From Candidatus Methanoperedens sp. (GTDB taxonomy: Archaea; Halobacteriota; Methanosarcinia; Methanosarcinales; Methanoperedenaceae): a stretch of 32,000 nucleotides of DNA. The stretch's first letter is position 1; each line of letters opens with the position of its first letter. Below the pieces are notes generated by a model. It ran no database searches. It saw only the letters and a program-made list of their open reading frames with translations, and was not told the origin of the DNA. Both the position numbers and the translations under genes were made by a program. This document shows, piece by piece, positions 8,924 through 17,466 of this stretch. The stretch covers positions 240,001 through 272,000 of the forward strand of contig JBGQBI010000003.1 of the NCBI GenBank assembly GCA_041494705.1, given 5' to 3'.

Positions 8924-10216
8924 TTATAAGAAGGACATTTCAAGCGCCAGCACAAGGCTTGCCCCCAGAATAGCTATGGGAGTAATAAATAATCCGATTT
9001 TCAAAAGATCAGTCATTGTCGTGCTCCATCCATATCGCCGCGCGCTTTCAAGCCAGAGAATCCCGGCAAGTGCGCCGAACGTAGTGAAATTCGCCCCGAG
9101 ATTTGAGCCTATGACCAGTGAATATCCCATTGCCGTGTTCATTTGCGAAGAAAGACCCGCGTGATGTGTTATAGATAGCATCATGGCAGTCATGGGTATG
9201 TTATTAACGAGATTGCATAAAAAAGCAGAAAAAATGGACACTGTGAAGATAGCAGCAGTCATATTACTGCTTAAATTCGAAAACAGGAATTCCCCGGCGT
9301 TATCAGCAGCTCCGCTTACCTCAATCCCTTTTACTACAATGAAAAGCCCGATAACGAAAAGCACGACATTCCATGAGACTTTCCGCAACCGCCGGATCGG
9401 GCGCCGCTCAAACAGCAGCAGGATTAAAGCGCCTCCAAATGTAACTATAGAGAGAGGTATCCCGTAATGGTTCATAAGTCCGCCAAGTAAAATAACTGCA
9501 AGCAGGACTGCCAGCCCCATGCCTACCAGGAATTTATTTTTAATTTGGGTTCTTCCATTATCCAGGGAATCAAAAGTCTCAGGTATCTGGTTCCTGAAAA
9601 TATACTTCATCAGGTAATAATTTACAAAAGCAGCGGCTAATGTCGGGAGAATCATGTATCCTGTGAAACCGAAAAAATCAAGTTTGAAGCTGTCGCCAAT
9701 CAATATATTGGTCAGGTTTCCGATATACAGCGGCATTGAAAATGTGTTTGCGGCGAAAAAAGATACATACATGTAGGGTTTCGGGTTAATGCCCGCCTTC
9801 CTGCAGAAAATAAGTATTATAGGCGTGGTGGTCAGGATAACAACGTCATTTCCAGCAAAAAGGGAAATAACCGAAACTACAAGGAAGGTATACAGGAAAA
9901 GCCGTTCCCCGCTGTTTTTTGATGCATAAATCGCCCGGGAAGCGCAGTACTCAAAGAAGCCGTAATCGTCAAGCAGGGTTGAGATTACCATCAAAGTCGC
10001 AAGTATTATGACCACGTTCCATGTAGTCACGAGCGGCTGCGGCATTTCCGTGGTCGAAATACCAAGCGCCTCAACTATGTGATGCGGCTTGAGTAAAAAA
10101 ATAATAGTAATTGCGGCGCCGATTAACGCAGCACTGGCTTCATTGATTCCTTTGGGTTTTAAGACTATCAGTGCATAAGTTAATACAAAAACAGCAATAG
10201 CCAGAATCTGACTCAA
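8924..10216 (-). CDS. ArsB/NhaD-superfamily anion permease (arsenite or citrate-type transporter)
   Basis: The protein is about 430 aa with 10-12 TM helices. Its N-terminus, AIAVFVLTYALIVLKP, is typical of this permease fold. The substrate cannot be inferred. Confidence 0.7.
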   Translation of the reverse strand: MSQILAIAVFVLTYALIVLKPKGINEASAALIGAAITIIFLLKPHHIVEALGISTTEMPQPLVTTWNVVIILATLMVISTLLDDYGFFEYCASRAIYASKNSGERLFLYTFLVVSVISLFAGNDVVILTTTPIILIFCRKAGINPKPYMYVSFFAANTFSMPLYIGNLTNILIGDSFKLDFFGFTGYMILPTLAAAFVNYYLMKYIFRNQIPETFDSLDNGRTQIKNKFLVGMGLAVLLAVILLGGLMNHYGIPLSIVTFGGALILLLFERRPIRRLRKVSWNVVLFVIGLFIVVKGIEVSGAADNAGEFLFSNLSSNMTAAIFTVSIFSAFLCNLVNNIPMTAMMLSITHHAGLSSQMNTAMGYSLVIGSNLGANFTTFGALAGILWLESARRYGWSTTMTDLLKIGLFITPIAILGASLVLALEMSFL

Positions 10217-10222
10217 TTTTGC

Positions 10223-10369
10223 CTATAAGCGTTCTTCTTTGAATTCTTTGCACTCACGGCCGGTTTCGTACACGTTTTTCTTCATCAGCGTGCAGGAACC
10301 ATCGTATTGTTCCCTATTGCTTCCTTTTACTTTTGTTGAGAAGTATCTGCAATCAACACAATACTTCAA
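10223..10369 (-). CDS. Putative 48-aa cysteine-rich small protein with a TTG start
   Basis: My manual translation is (M)KYCVDCRYFSTKVKGSNREQYDGSCTLMKKNVYETGRECKEFKEERL. A GGAGG sequence lies 7 nt upstream of the TTG. The ORF ends 6 nt before the permease start codon on the same strand. It is below the size cutoff of the ORF track. Confidence 0.35.
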   Translation of the reverse strand: MKYCVDCRYFSTKVKGSNREQYDGSCTLMKKNVYETGRECKEFKEERL

Positions 10370-10649
10370 GATTCATCCTCCATGTTGTGATAAAAAATTA
10401 GCATAAACTTTTCAGTATATAATTTTATCTATAAACATCAAAAAATCTATTCGCGTTTTTTTTTTGGAAATCAATTTAAGAACCAAATCCTTCACTAAAA
10501 CCCAATATATCCAAACTCATTAATAAATCTTACCCCCAATTTATCATATTATTCAATGGTTTGCAACAGTCATTATGTTCATGGAAGTTATTAACTGCTT
10601 AGTGACTGGAATGTATTAAACGGGAGATAATAAAAAAATCAGGCTCAAA

Positions 10650-13097
10650 ATGACAGACTACAAGGAATTCATATTTAAAAACCTCTACAGGGTGGATGGT
10701 TATCGCGCATACTTCCCACGCAACAACCCGACTTTTAATAATCCGGGATTCGAAGATGCACAACTGAGGGTGCTGATTGTCAGGCTGTCCCCATTTCCGA
10801 ATATCCGTGAATCCATAACCCATCATTTCCTGTTCCAGGAAGCCAGAAGGGCACTACCTTATGCGTATATTGATTATGCCTTTTTCCCTAACCCGAAGAA
10901 CATCCCGCTTTTTGTCGATAACAATATACCGTTTTTCCTGGGCATTCAATCGCTTCGCTCGATGTCGGATTTCGACCTCGTGCTTGTATCTAATTCTTTC
11001 ACTCTTGAGTTATTCAACCTGCCTTACCTTTTTATGAACACGGGAATTCCTGCAACTAAAAAAGAAAGGAGGCCGGTCAGGCCTATCGTTGTCATGGGCG
11101 GCTCAAATGCGCTTATGGCGCAGTGTGCGATTTCTCCTGAAGGTGACTCGTTTGTCGATGCCCTCTTCTTCGGGGAAGGCGAAGGCTCTGTGCAAAAAAT
11201 CGTATCTATAATAAACGAAAAAAAGGATTGTCCTAAATCAGAATTACTTAGAATTCTTGAGAAAGAGATACCCGGTTTCTTTGATATCAGGCTCGACATC
11301 CCTGAAAGCGCATGTGCCGCACCTCCGAAAGCTCCTCTCGCTTCGCATATCCTTACCGATTATCCCATACTGAACACCGATATCGAAAATACCGCAAAAC
11401 TCCAGATTACACAGGGCTGTTCTTGCTTTTGCTCTTTCTGTTTTGAAGGATATACGAGAAAACCTTTCAGGGAGTATGCGCCTCAGGATATACTGGAAAA
11501 GGCGCTTGAAGTAAAAACAAAACATTCTCCAACAGAATTTGATTTCCTGAGTTTTAATTTCAACATGCACACAGGAATATCGCGGATTATAGCCGACTTA
11601 AACGAAGTAGCCAAGTTCGTGAATTTCAAAAGCCAGCGAGCCGATATAATTGCATTGCGTCCTGAGCTTCTGGATATAGAGATACTTTCAGGAAAACGGA
11701 CTTATACCATAGGCGTGGAAGGAATCAGCGACAGGATGAGACGTTATTTACACAAGAGCCTTAATGAAGAGGAACTTTTGAAGGCTCTTGAACACATATA
11801 TGCAAAAAAACCAAGGCAACTGAAATTATTCTTTATGATAACCGGACTTGAAAATGACAAGGACCTGAAAGAATTCAAGGACTTCATAATGAAGCTCAAG
11901 CGCCTGAAAATCGGGTTATCCCCGGGATGCCGGACTATTATGAGTTTCGGGCTGCTTGTGAACCTCCCGTTTACTCCGATGCAGTTTGCTCCAACCATAA
12001 AAGACCCGGACAGCATAAAACAAATAAAGGGCGATTTGAAAAGGGATTGCGAAACCAATGGTTTTGAGTTCAGGATGGCGCAGGATATGGAGGAATTCCT
12101 GGTATCACAGCATATTGCGATAGGGGGTTTTGAATGTTTTGATGTCATATCTGATTTCGCAAAAAAGGGAGGATACTTTGACGGGGAACATATAACCGGG
12201 GATAAAAATGCGCTTATTTCATCGTTGCGGTCTGCATCCGGTGAAGGATTATCCGGCGCTAAAGACGAGAACTATGTTTTTCCTTTTGAGAACTTAAGAG
12301 GCTCGCCTGCCAAATCATTTCTTTACAGGATGTATGATGAAGCGAGGAATTTCAAGGACAGCGGATATTGCCTTCTGGGAAAAGGGGAATGCATCGGATG
12401 CGGAGGCTGTGAAGACCGTAAACTTTCAAGGCTTCCCGAAGTCGGGCAGGAAGATATAGAGAGGCTCAAGAAGATTGTTGAACTGAAGAAAAAGCCAAAG
12501 ATTGCGCAGGCGGTTGTTACAGTAAAAGAGCCAGGAAGATTTCTGACCCCGGAGGCAAAATGCGCCTTTATCGGCAGGGCTGTTTTTGAGCATATACCGT
12601 CTCTTGCTAAAGATTATCTTGCTTGCAGGCAGGTGCAGAATATGCCCGCCTCGAAAGGATACGGGTTCCTGTTCGGGCGATTCCTGTACGATTTTGAGTT
12701 CATGGGTTCATCCGATGTTTTTTTAAGCTATCTTGAAAAGAACACAATCGAATCTCCGCTTTTGGGTATTTCAAGGGTTTCGGAGAAGGAAATCGGAAAT
12801 AGTTTCAGGATAACATCGGTGTGGAAAGACGTATCAAAGTACAGTTTCCAGAACAGGTTGCAGGATTTTCTGCTTGAGAATGGAATGGGGTTTGATATAA
12901 GGAAAACAGATGAAGTGACTTATTTTGAAGTTGCTGCAAAGGACAAAAAGAAGAAGCTCCTGAATTCTGCTGCGCTGCGGCAGGAAAACGGCAGCGTTTC
13001 ACTGGAGATAGAAACGGGGTCTAATTTTAGCATTGTCTCGCTGCTCAAACATCTTTTTGGGGAGGAATGGATGGATGCAAGAGTGGAATCGATTTAA
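10650..13097 (+). CDS. Large radical SAM protein with an N-terminal B12-binding-like domain and a C-terminal DUF2344-like extension; function unknown
   Basis: The CxxxCxxC cluster motif is present in QGCSCFCSFCFEGY. The 815-aa length and layout resemble the TIGR03960/TIGR03936-type fusion, as far as I remember it. Confidence 0.75.
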   Translation: MTDYKEFIFKNLYRVDGYRAYFPRNNPTFNNPGFEDAQLRVLIVRLSPFPNIRESITHHFLFQEARRALPYAYIDYAFFPNPKNIPLFVDNNIPFFLGIQSLRSMSDFDLVLVSNSFTLELFNLPYLFMNTGIPATKKERRPVRPIVVMGGSNALMAQCAISPEGDSFVDALFFGEGEGSVQKIVSIINEKKDCPKSELLRILEKEIPGFFDIRLDIPESACAAPPKAPLASHILTDYPILNTDIENTAKLQITQGCSCFCSFCFEGYTRKPFREYAPQDILEKALEVKTKHSPTEFDFLSFNFNMHTGISRIIADLNEVAKFVNFKSQRADIIALRPELLDIEILSGKRTYTIGVEGISDRMRRYLHKSLNEEELLKALEHIYAKKPRQLKLFFMITGLENDKDLKEFKDFIMKLKRLKIGLSPGCRTIMSFGLLVNLPFTPMQFAPTIKDPDSIKQIKGDLKRDCETNGFEFRMAQDMEEFLVSQHIAIGGFECFDVISDFAKKGGYFDGEHITGDKNALISSLRSASGEGLSGAKDENYVFPFENLRGSPAKSFLYRMYDEARNFKDSGYCLLGKGECIGCGGCEDRKLSRLPEVGQEDIERLKKIVELKKKPKIAQAVVTVKEPGRFLTPEAKCAFIGRAVFEHIPSLAKDYLACRQVQNMPASKGYGFLFGRFLYDFEFMGSSDVFLSYLEKNTIESPLLGISRVSEKEIGNSFRITSVWKDVSKYSFQNRLQDFLLENGMGFDIRKTDEVTYFEVAAKDKKKKLLNSAALRQENGSVSLEIETGSNFSIVSLLKHLFGEEWMDARVESI

Positions 13098-13117
13098 CCA
13101 CTGGTTTCAATGATTAG

Positions 13118-13417
13118 CTAATACGGCCGCCTCATCTGTTTTCCGCAAACCGTGCAGGTGGTTGTTATGTGCGTACCCTGAAGCCTTGTCCGCGCGGTCA
13201 CGCCTTGCACCAGATACGCATGGCAGTGTTTGCAAATCCGGTGCTTTAATTCAGGCGGCATCCTGACACGGTATCTCATCCCGATGCGGCGCGCCAGTCC
13301 AACATACCTGTTGCTGAGGTAGGGGTGGGTTTTGAATTCATGGTCTGCAAGCTCAAAAAGCAGGTGTATGCGCTCGTATGCCATGTCTTTTGCCCAGTCT
13401 TTCTGTTTTTTACGCAT
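13118..13417 (-). CDS. rnp4: RNase P protein component 4 (Rpp21/Rpr2)
   Basis: Motifs are ERIHLLFELA, YVGLARRIGMRYRVRMP and the zinc ribbon CKHCHAYL..CTVCG. Confidence 0.85.
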   Translation of the reverse strand: MRKKQKDWAKDMAYERIHLLFELADHEFKTHPYLSNRYVGLARRIGMRYRVRMPPELKHRICKHCHAYLVQGVTARTRLQGTHITTTCTVCGKQMRRPY

Positions 13418-13436
13418 AGGTAATCACAATTGTATT

Positions 13437-13571
13437 TTATTTAGCTTCTAGCTGCCAGCTCTCCCGTTCTTTTTTAATGTATTCGTCAACATCAATGTCT
13501 TCCCAGATTTCCTTACCAAGCCCTTTCAAATTTTTAAGGGATAAGGGCTTTTTGATTTCTGCTTTTTTCAT
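13437..13571 (-). CDS. Putative 44-aa orphan antitoxin-like protein
   Basis: My manual translation is MKKAEIKKPLSLKNLKGLGKEIWEDIDVDEYIKKERESWQLEAK. The C-terminal motif EYIKKERES matches EYIKKLRES in the VapB-like ORF at 16288-16464. No toxin gene follows it. Confidence 0.4.
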   Translation of the reverse strand: MKKAEIKKPLSLKNLKGLGKEIWEDIDVDEYIKKERESWQLEAK

Positions 13572-13734
13572 AATTTCATAATTTTTACTATATGGTTGTA
13601 TATTATTTTAATTTAAGCCTGATGGCTAAAGAGTGTCGTATTTGCGAATGTGAATAACGACTGTATATACAAAATTATATTTCTTTTGAGATGGAAAAGA
13701 TTTAATTAATACAGCGTTAATTAAAAAATAAATC

Positions 13735-15495
13735 ATGAAATTATCTGAAATCAAGGAGAAATTGAAGAGAAATGAATGGATACTTCCACCTTTTCAACGG
13801 GAATTTGTATGGAACGAAGAGCAAAAAATAATTGAATTTATAGAATCTGTTTTTCATGAATGGCCAATAGGTACTATAATCCTTTGGAAGCCTGATCCTA
13901 AGGATGAGGCTATAATTAAAAAACGGAATTTACAAATCTCATCTGGTGGAAAACCCGACGGTGCTCAAGAATATGTAATCGATGGTCAACAAAGGATAAC
14001 TACTCTGTTAAAAATATTAAATAATGAGCCATTTATTTTTAACGATAAACAATATATAATTTTTTATGATTTCTCATCGAAAAAATTTGTTTTTATGGAA
14101 GCAAATGATTTACAAGAAAATGTTCACTCTAAGCGGGAAAGGGCGCTCCGCAAGATAAAAGCTTCTTACAGGCGCAAGACGCACCGGTGCGTGAAGAAGG
14201 GCGTGGAGTACGAATACACCTACTGGCACAGGATAAAACCTGACGGCGGTCTTGAGTCTGTGGGGAAAGAGGAGCCTGATTGGAACGAAATCATCAAGCA
14301 GAAATATGATATGCTCATGGAACAGAAGGACTACGATAATAACCGAATCTTAGTGGGAGATATAATCAATCTAAAACATTCAGAAATAAAAGACAGATTG
14401 AAACAGAAGAACTTCAATTACAATATAGACGATCTTATAGACGAAATAAAGAAAATAAGTGAGTACGATATTACTATCCAAAGACCGAATAAACCAATAT
14501 TCTTAAAAGATGCTCTAGAATTATTTATTCGATTAAATACTGGTGGAAAACAATTACCTTCTGAAGACTTAGCACTAGGTTATATTTCATTATTATGGGA
14601 AGATTCGCGAGATGAATTTAAGAATTTTAAAGAGTCGCTTAAGGCAACAGGATTTGATTTTGACTTAGATTTTTTCGTCAGATGTTTATCGGCAGTATCA
14701 CTAAATCAAAGTCTTACACAAAAATTAATAAGGTCATTTAAAACAGAAACCATAAAGAAGGATTGGGAGCTAACAAAAAATGGTATAGAAGAAACAATAG
14801 ATTTTTTGAAAACCATGAAATTGAATAGTAACCATTTTTTAGAAGCTGAAAACTCTCTGGTACCTATTGTTTTAATATTTAGTAAAAAAGAAGGCGCAGT
14901 AAAAAATAAAATGAATCTTTTTTATTGGTTTTTAATATCATACATTAATCAACGATTTAGTGATCAATCAGCGGGTATTTTGAATAAGGATATTAAAACT
15001 ATCCTCGAATCTAGCGATCCTATTAATGAATTAATTAAGAATTTAGAAGACGAAAGGTCGATTTTTATCACAACATCTAAAGACATAAAAGGAAACCAAT
15101 TTAAGTTCGTTCTTTATTGTTTACTGAAAGATTCAAACACACGTGATTTTGTTTCAGGTTTTGGTATAGATACCTTAACAGCCAGTAAATCAAATCGATT
15201 AGATTTCCATCATATTTTTGCGGATTCTCTCTTGAAAAATTCGGATTTTAAAGATAAAAAAGAAGATATAGCTAACAAAACTTTTCTTACAAATAATTCA
15301 AATAAAAAATTAAGCGATTCCCATCCAACCTATTTATCAGAATATTCTAAAGAATTATTGAAGGCACATTTTATCCCGACAGATGATAGATTGTATAAAT
15401 TAGAGAAATACGAAGAGTTCTTAGAAGAAAGGAAAAAATTAATAAGCGAGGGGTTAAATAAATTTTTGAATGAACTTAGAACAAGCACCATATAA
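13735..15495 (+). CDS. DUF262 (ParB-like NTPase/nuclease) plus DUF1524 (His-Me finger) protein; GmrSD-like type IV restriction candidate
   Basis: N-terminal motifs are ILPPFQREFVW..FIESVFHEWPIGTIILW and DGQQRITTL. C-terminal motifs are RLDFHHIFADS..NKTFLTNNSNKKLSD. The gene is very AT-rich except for a GC-rich patch at about 14131-14335. Confidence 0.8.
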   Translation: MKLSEIKEKLKRNEWILPPFQREFVWNEEQKIIEFIESVFHEWPIGTIILWKPDPKDEAIIKKRNLQISSGGKPDGAQEYVIDGQQRITTLLKILNNEPFIFNDKQYIIFYDFSSKKFVFMEANDLQENVHSKRERALRKIKASYRRKTHRCVKKGVEYEYTYWHRIKPDGGLESVGKEEPDWNEIIKQKYDMLMEQKDYDNNRILVGDIINLKHSEIKDRLKQKNFNYNIDDLIDEIKKISEYDITIQRPNKPIFLKDALELFIRLNTGGKQLPSEDLALGYISLLWEDSRDEFKNFKESLKATGFDFDLDFFVRCLSAVSLNQSLTQKLIRSFKTETIKKDWELTKNGIEETIDFLKTMKLNSNHFLEAENSLVPIVLIFSKKEGAVKNKMNLFYWFLISYINQRFSDQSAGILNKDIKTILESSDPINELIKNLEDERSIFITTSKDIKGNQFKFVLYCLLKDSNTRDFVSGFGIDTLTASKSNRLDFHHIFADSLLKNSDFKDKKEDIANKTFLTNNSNKKLSDSHPTYLSEYSKELLKAHFIPTDDRLYKLEKYEEFLEERKKLISEGLNKFLNELRTSTI

Positions 15496-15510
15496 TTTCT
15501 GACAATATAA

Positions 15511-15807
15511 CTATAAACCTCGCATAATTACATCCCCCACCGTAAACGCCAGCATACTCAAACTCACCGCCGCATTCACATTAAAGAACGCCACAGGAAT
15601 ATTCTCAAAATTATCAGCCTTCACAAGCGTATGCTCATACCATATCAGCGCCGCAATAACCACCAGCCCCGCCTTAAAAACAACCCCAAGCCTCAGCACG
15701 AACATCAACCCAACAAGCAGCGTCAGCATCAAGACGTGCGCCGCAAACGATAGACTGAGCGCCGCCGTGACACCGAACACAGACAGCACGGATAAAACCA
15801 CCTTCAA
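15511..15807 (-). pseudogene. Displaced 3' fragment of a ubiA-type prenyltransferase gene
   Basis: The last 80 or so codons (LSLSFAAHVLML..LIWYEHTLVKADNFENIPVAFFNVNAAVSLSML) are near-identical to the C-terminus of the intact ubiA at 16547-17425. The fragment has no N-terminal two-thirds and only a TTG-started stub. Confidence 0.8.
15530..15777. repeat. Direct repeat copy 1 (ubiA 3' end)
   Basis: It aligns without gaps to 16560-16807 at a constant offset of 1030 bp. I counted about 15 mismatches in the first 220 bp or so, including a 46 nt identical run. Similarity decays toward the inner end. Confidence 0.85.
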
Positions 15808-16301
15808 AACATTTCAGTTTTAATTTTATTATAGATTTGAGGGAAATATTCTTGCAAGAATTTTTCTGGAGTATGAGCCCCAGTATTAATGCTCTCCACC
15901 AACTGCATGAAATCACTGTCTCTGCTTACAAGAGAAACAGAGTCAATCGATTGAATTATGCTCAATCCAATTGCATCGAAAGGGTCAAAGGGATACTCTT
16001 CCTGTAATTTATTTGCAGAAAGCAAATCAATAGAATCTGGAATTTCAATACTGATATTCGAATACACATCAGTTATGAAGCCTTTGATTTTTGCTTCTGG
16101 ATATTTCATTTTTCTTCGTAAAACGAATCTTATTTCAAACACATTAGTCATTGCAGTGAAAGCCGTAACCTTTTTTGCCTCAACCAGTTTCATTATTTCA
16201 TAAGGGCATCGCCATAACTTAAATCCTGAATTTTTATCGACCTCTTTTGCTATCCAGTTAATCAAAACGTCAGTATCCAGAAATATCCTAGGTTTTTCCA
16301 T
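15804..16301 (-). CDS. vapC: PIN-domain toxin (VapC-like ribonuclease)
   Basis: Motifs are IFLDTDVLINW near the N-terminus, DPFDAIGLS, and SRDSDF near the C-terminus, which supply the PIN acidic residues. Confidence 0.85.
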   Translation of the reverse strand: MEKPRIFLDTDVLINWIAKEVDKNSGFKLWRCPYEIMKLVEAKKVTAFTAMTNVFEIRFVLRRKMKYPEAKIKGFITDVYSNISIEIPDSIDLLSANKLQEEYPFDPFDAIGLSIIQSIDSVSLVSRDSDFMQLVESINTGAHTPEKFLQEYFPQIYNKIKTEMF

Positions 16302-16464
16302 AACAGCTTTCTCTCAACTTTTTAATGTATTCGGTACTGGTTATTCCTTCTGGAACTACTCCCTCAAATGCACCAAGCCATCTATCCGCAAAATCCTTTT
16401 TGGTTTTTGCTTTAGTTTCTATGCTCTCCAGGGCTTTAATCAATTTTTCAAGCATTACAGGCAT
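16288..16464 (-). CDS. VapB-like antitoxin (58 aa)
   Basis: My manual translation is MPVMLEKLIKALESIETKAKTKKDFADRWLGAFEGVVPEGITSTEYIKKLRESCYGKT. Its stop overlaps the vapC start by 14 nt, the classic TA arrangement. Confidence 0.6.
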   Translation of the reverse strand: MPVMLEKLIKALESIETKAKTKKDFADRWLGAFEGVVPEGITSTEYIKKLRESCYGKT

Positions 16465-16546
16465 TTTTTCACCATATGAATCATGTGCAGAATAGTATAT
16501 AATGTTTTGTTTTAAATTTTAATCAATGTATATGAAGAAATAACGT

Positions 16547-17425
16547 TCAAACCGTCATCACATCCCCCACCGTAAACACCAGCATACTCAAACTCACCGC
16601 CGCATTCACATTAAAGAACGCCACTGGAATATTCTCAAAATTATCCGCCTTCACAAGAGTATGCTCATACCATATCAACAATGCAATAACCACCAGCCCT
16701 GCCTTAAAAACACCCCCGAGCTTCAGCACAAACATCAACCCGACAAGCAGCGCCAGCATCAAGACATGCGCCGCAAACGACAATCCGAGCGCCTTCTTCA
16801 CCCCGAATATCGTCGGCACTGAATAAAGCCCCTCTTTTTTATCAAAATCAAGGTCCTGAAGCGAGTATATCATATCAAATCCAGCTACCCACAAAGTAAC
16901 CGCGAAAAGCAAAAGCAGCATCGCAAGTTCAGGCGCGCCGAATGGGATATTGAATAGACCAGTCACCGCAATCCAGCCCCCTACTGGAGCATAACCGAGA
17001 TTAAGCCCGAGGACGAAATGCGAGATTGGTGTAAACTTTTTAAGATACGGATAGATGACCGACGTAACCAGAATGACAGGCGAAAGCGCAAAGCACAGCG
17101 GATTTAGCTTGTAAGCTGAATAGAAAAGCAGGACATAGGAAATCAGGATTATTCCCCATACCTCATACAACTTTATTCTTCCTGACGGCAATTCGCGATT
17201 CGCAGTTCTCGGATTTTTCGCATCTATATCCCTGTCAACCAGATTATTCAGTGCCATTGCAGCGCTCCTCGCGCCTATGAATGCAAGCCCGACCCAGAAA
17301 AGAATGCGAAGTTCAGGAACCCCCCTGCTCGCAAGGAAAGCGCCAAGATATGCAAATGGGATAGCGAACAGGCTGTGCTTGAGAACCACAAAATCAGCGT
17401 ATAATTTAAGTTTTTGAAGCATCAC
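16547..17425 (-). CDS. ubiA: UbiA-family aromatic prenyltransferase (4-hydroxybenzoate polyprenyltransferase-like)
   Basis: The first Asp-rich motif is NNLVDRDIDAKNPRTANRELPSG and the second is YSLQDLDFDKKEG. About 8-9 TM helices are predicted. Confidence 0.85.
   Translation of the reverse strand: MMLQKLKLYADFVVLKHSLFAIPFAYLGAFLASRGVPELRILFWVGLAFIGARSAAMALNNLVDRDIDAKNPRTANRELPSGRIKLYEVWGIILISYVLLFYSAYKLNPLCFALSPVILVTSVIYPYLKKFTPISHFVLGLNLGYAPVGGWIAVTGLFNIPFGAPELAMLLLLFAVTLWVAGFDMIYSLQDLDFDKKEGLYSVPTIFGVKKALGLSFAAHVLMLALLVGLMFVLKLGGVFKAGLVVIALLIWYEHTLVKADNFENIPVAFFNVNAAVSLSMLVFTVGDVMTV
16560..16807. repeat. Direct repeat copy 2 (3' end of the intact ubiA)
   Basis: This is the partner of 15530-15777, in the same orientation. 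Confidence 0.85.
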
Positions 17426-17466
17426 AAATCTTTTCTCTTATCACCGATATTATCACCCTGATACAA

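Noticed and set aside
14131-14335. The GC-rich patch in the DUF262 gene might be a mini-intein.
   Set aside because: At about 68 aa it is too short. It also lacks an N-terminal Cys/Ser block and a C-terminal His-Asn plus nucleophile junction.
15674-15916. An 80-aa minus-strand ORF spanning the ubiA stub and the vapC 3' end.
   Set aside because: It is out of frame with both recognisable coding sequences and has no motifs. It is a by-product of the duplicated segment.
17426-17466. A direct repeat TTATCACC x2 in the divergent ubiA/GPN-GTPase promoter region.
   Set aside because: It is only two 8-bp copies in a 40-bp spacer, which I cannot distinguish from chance.
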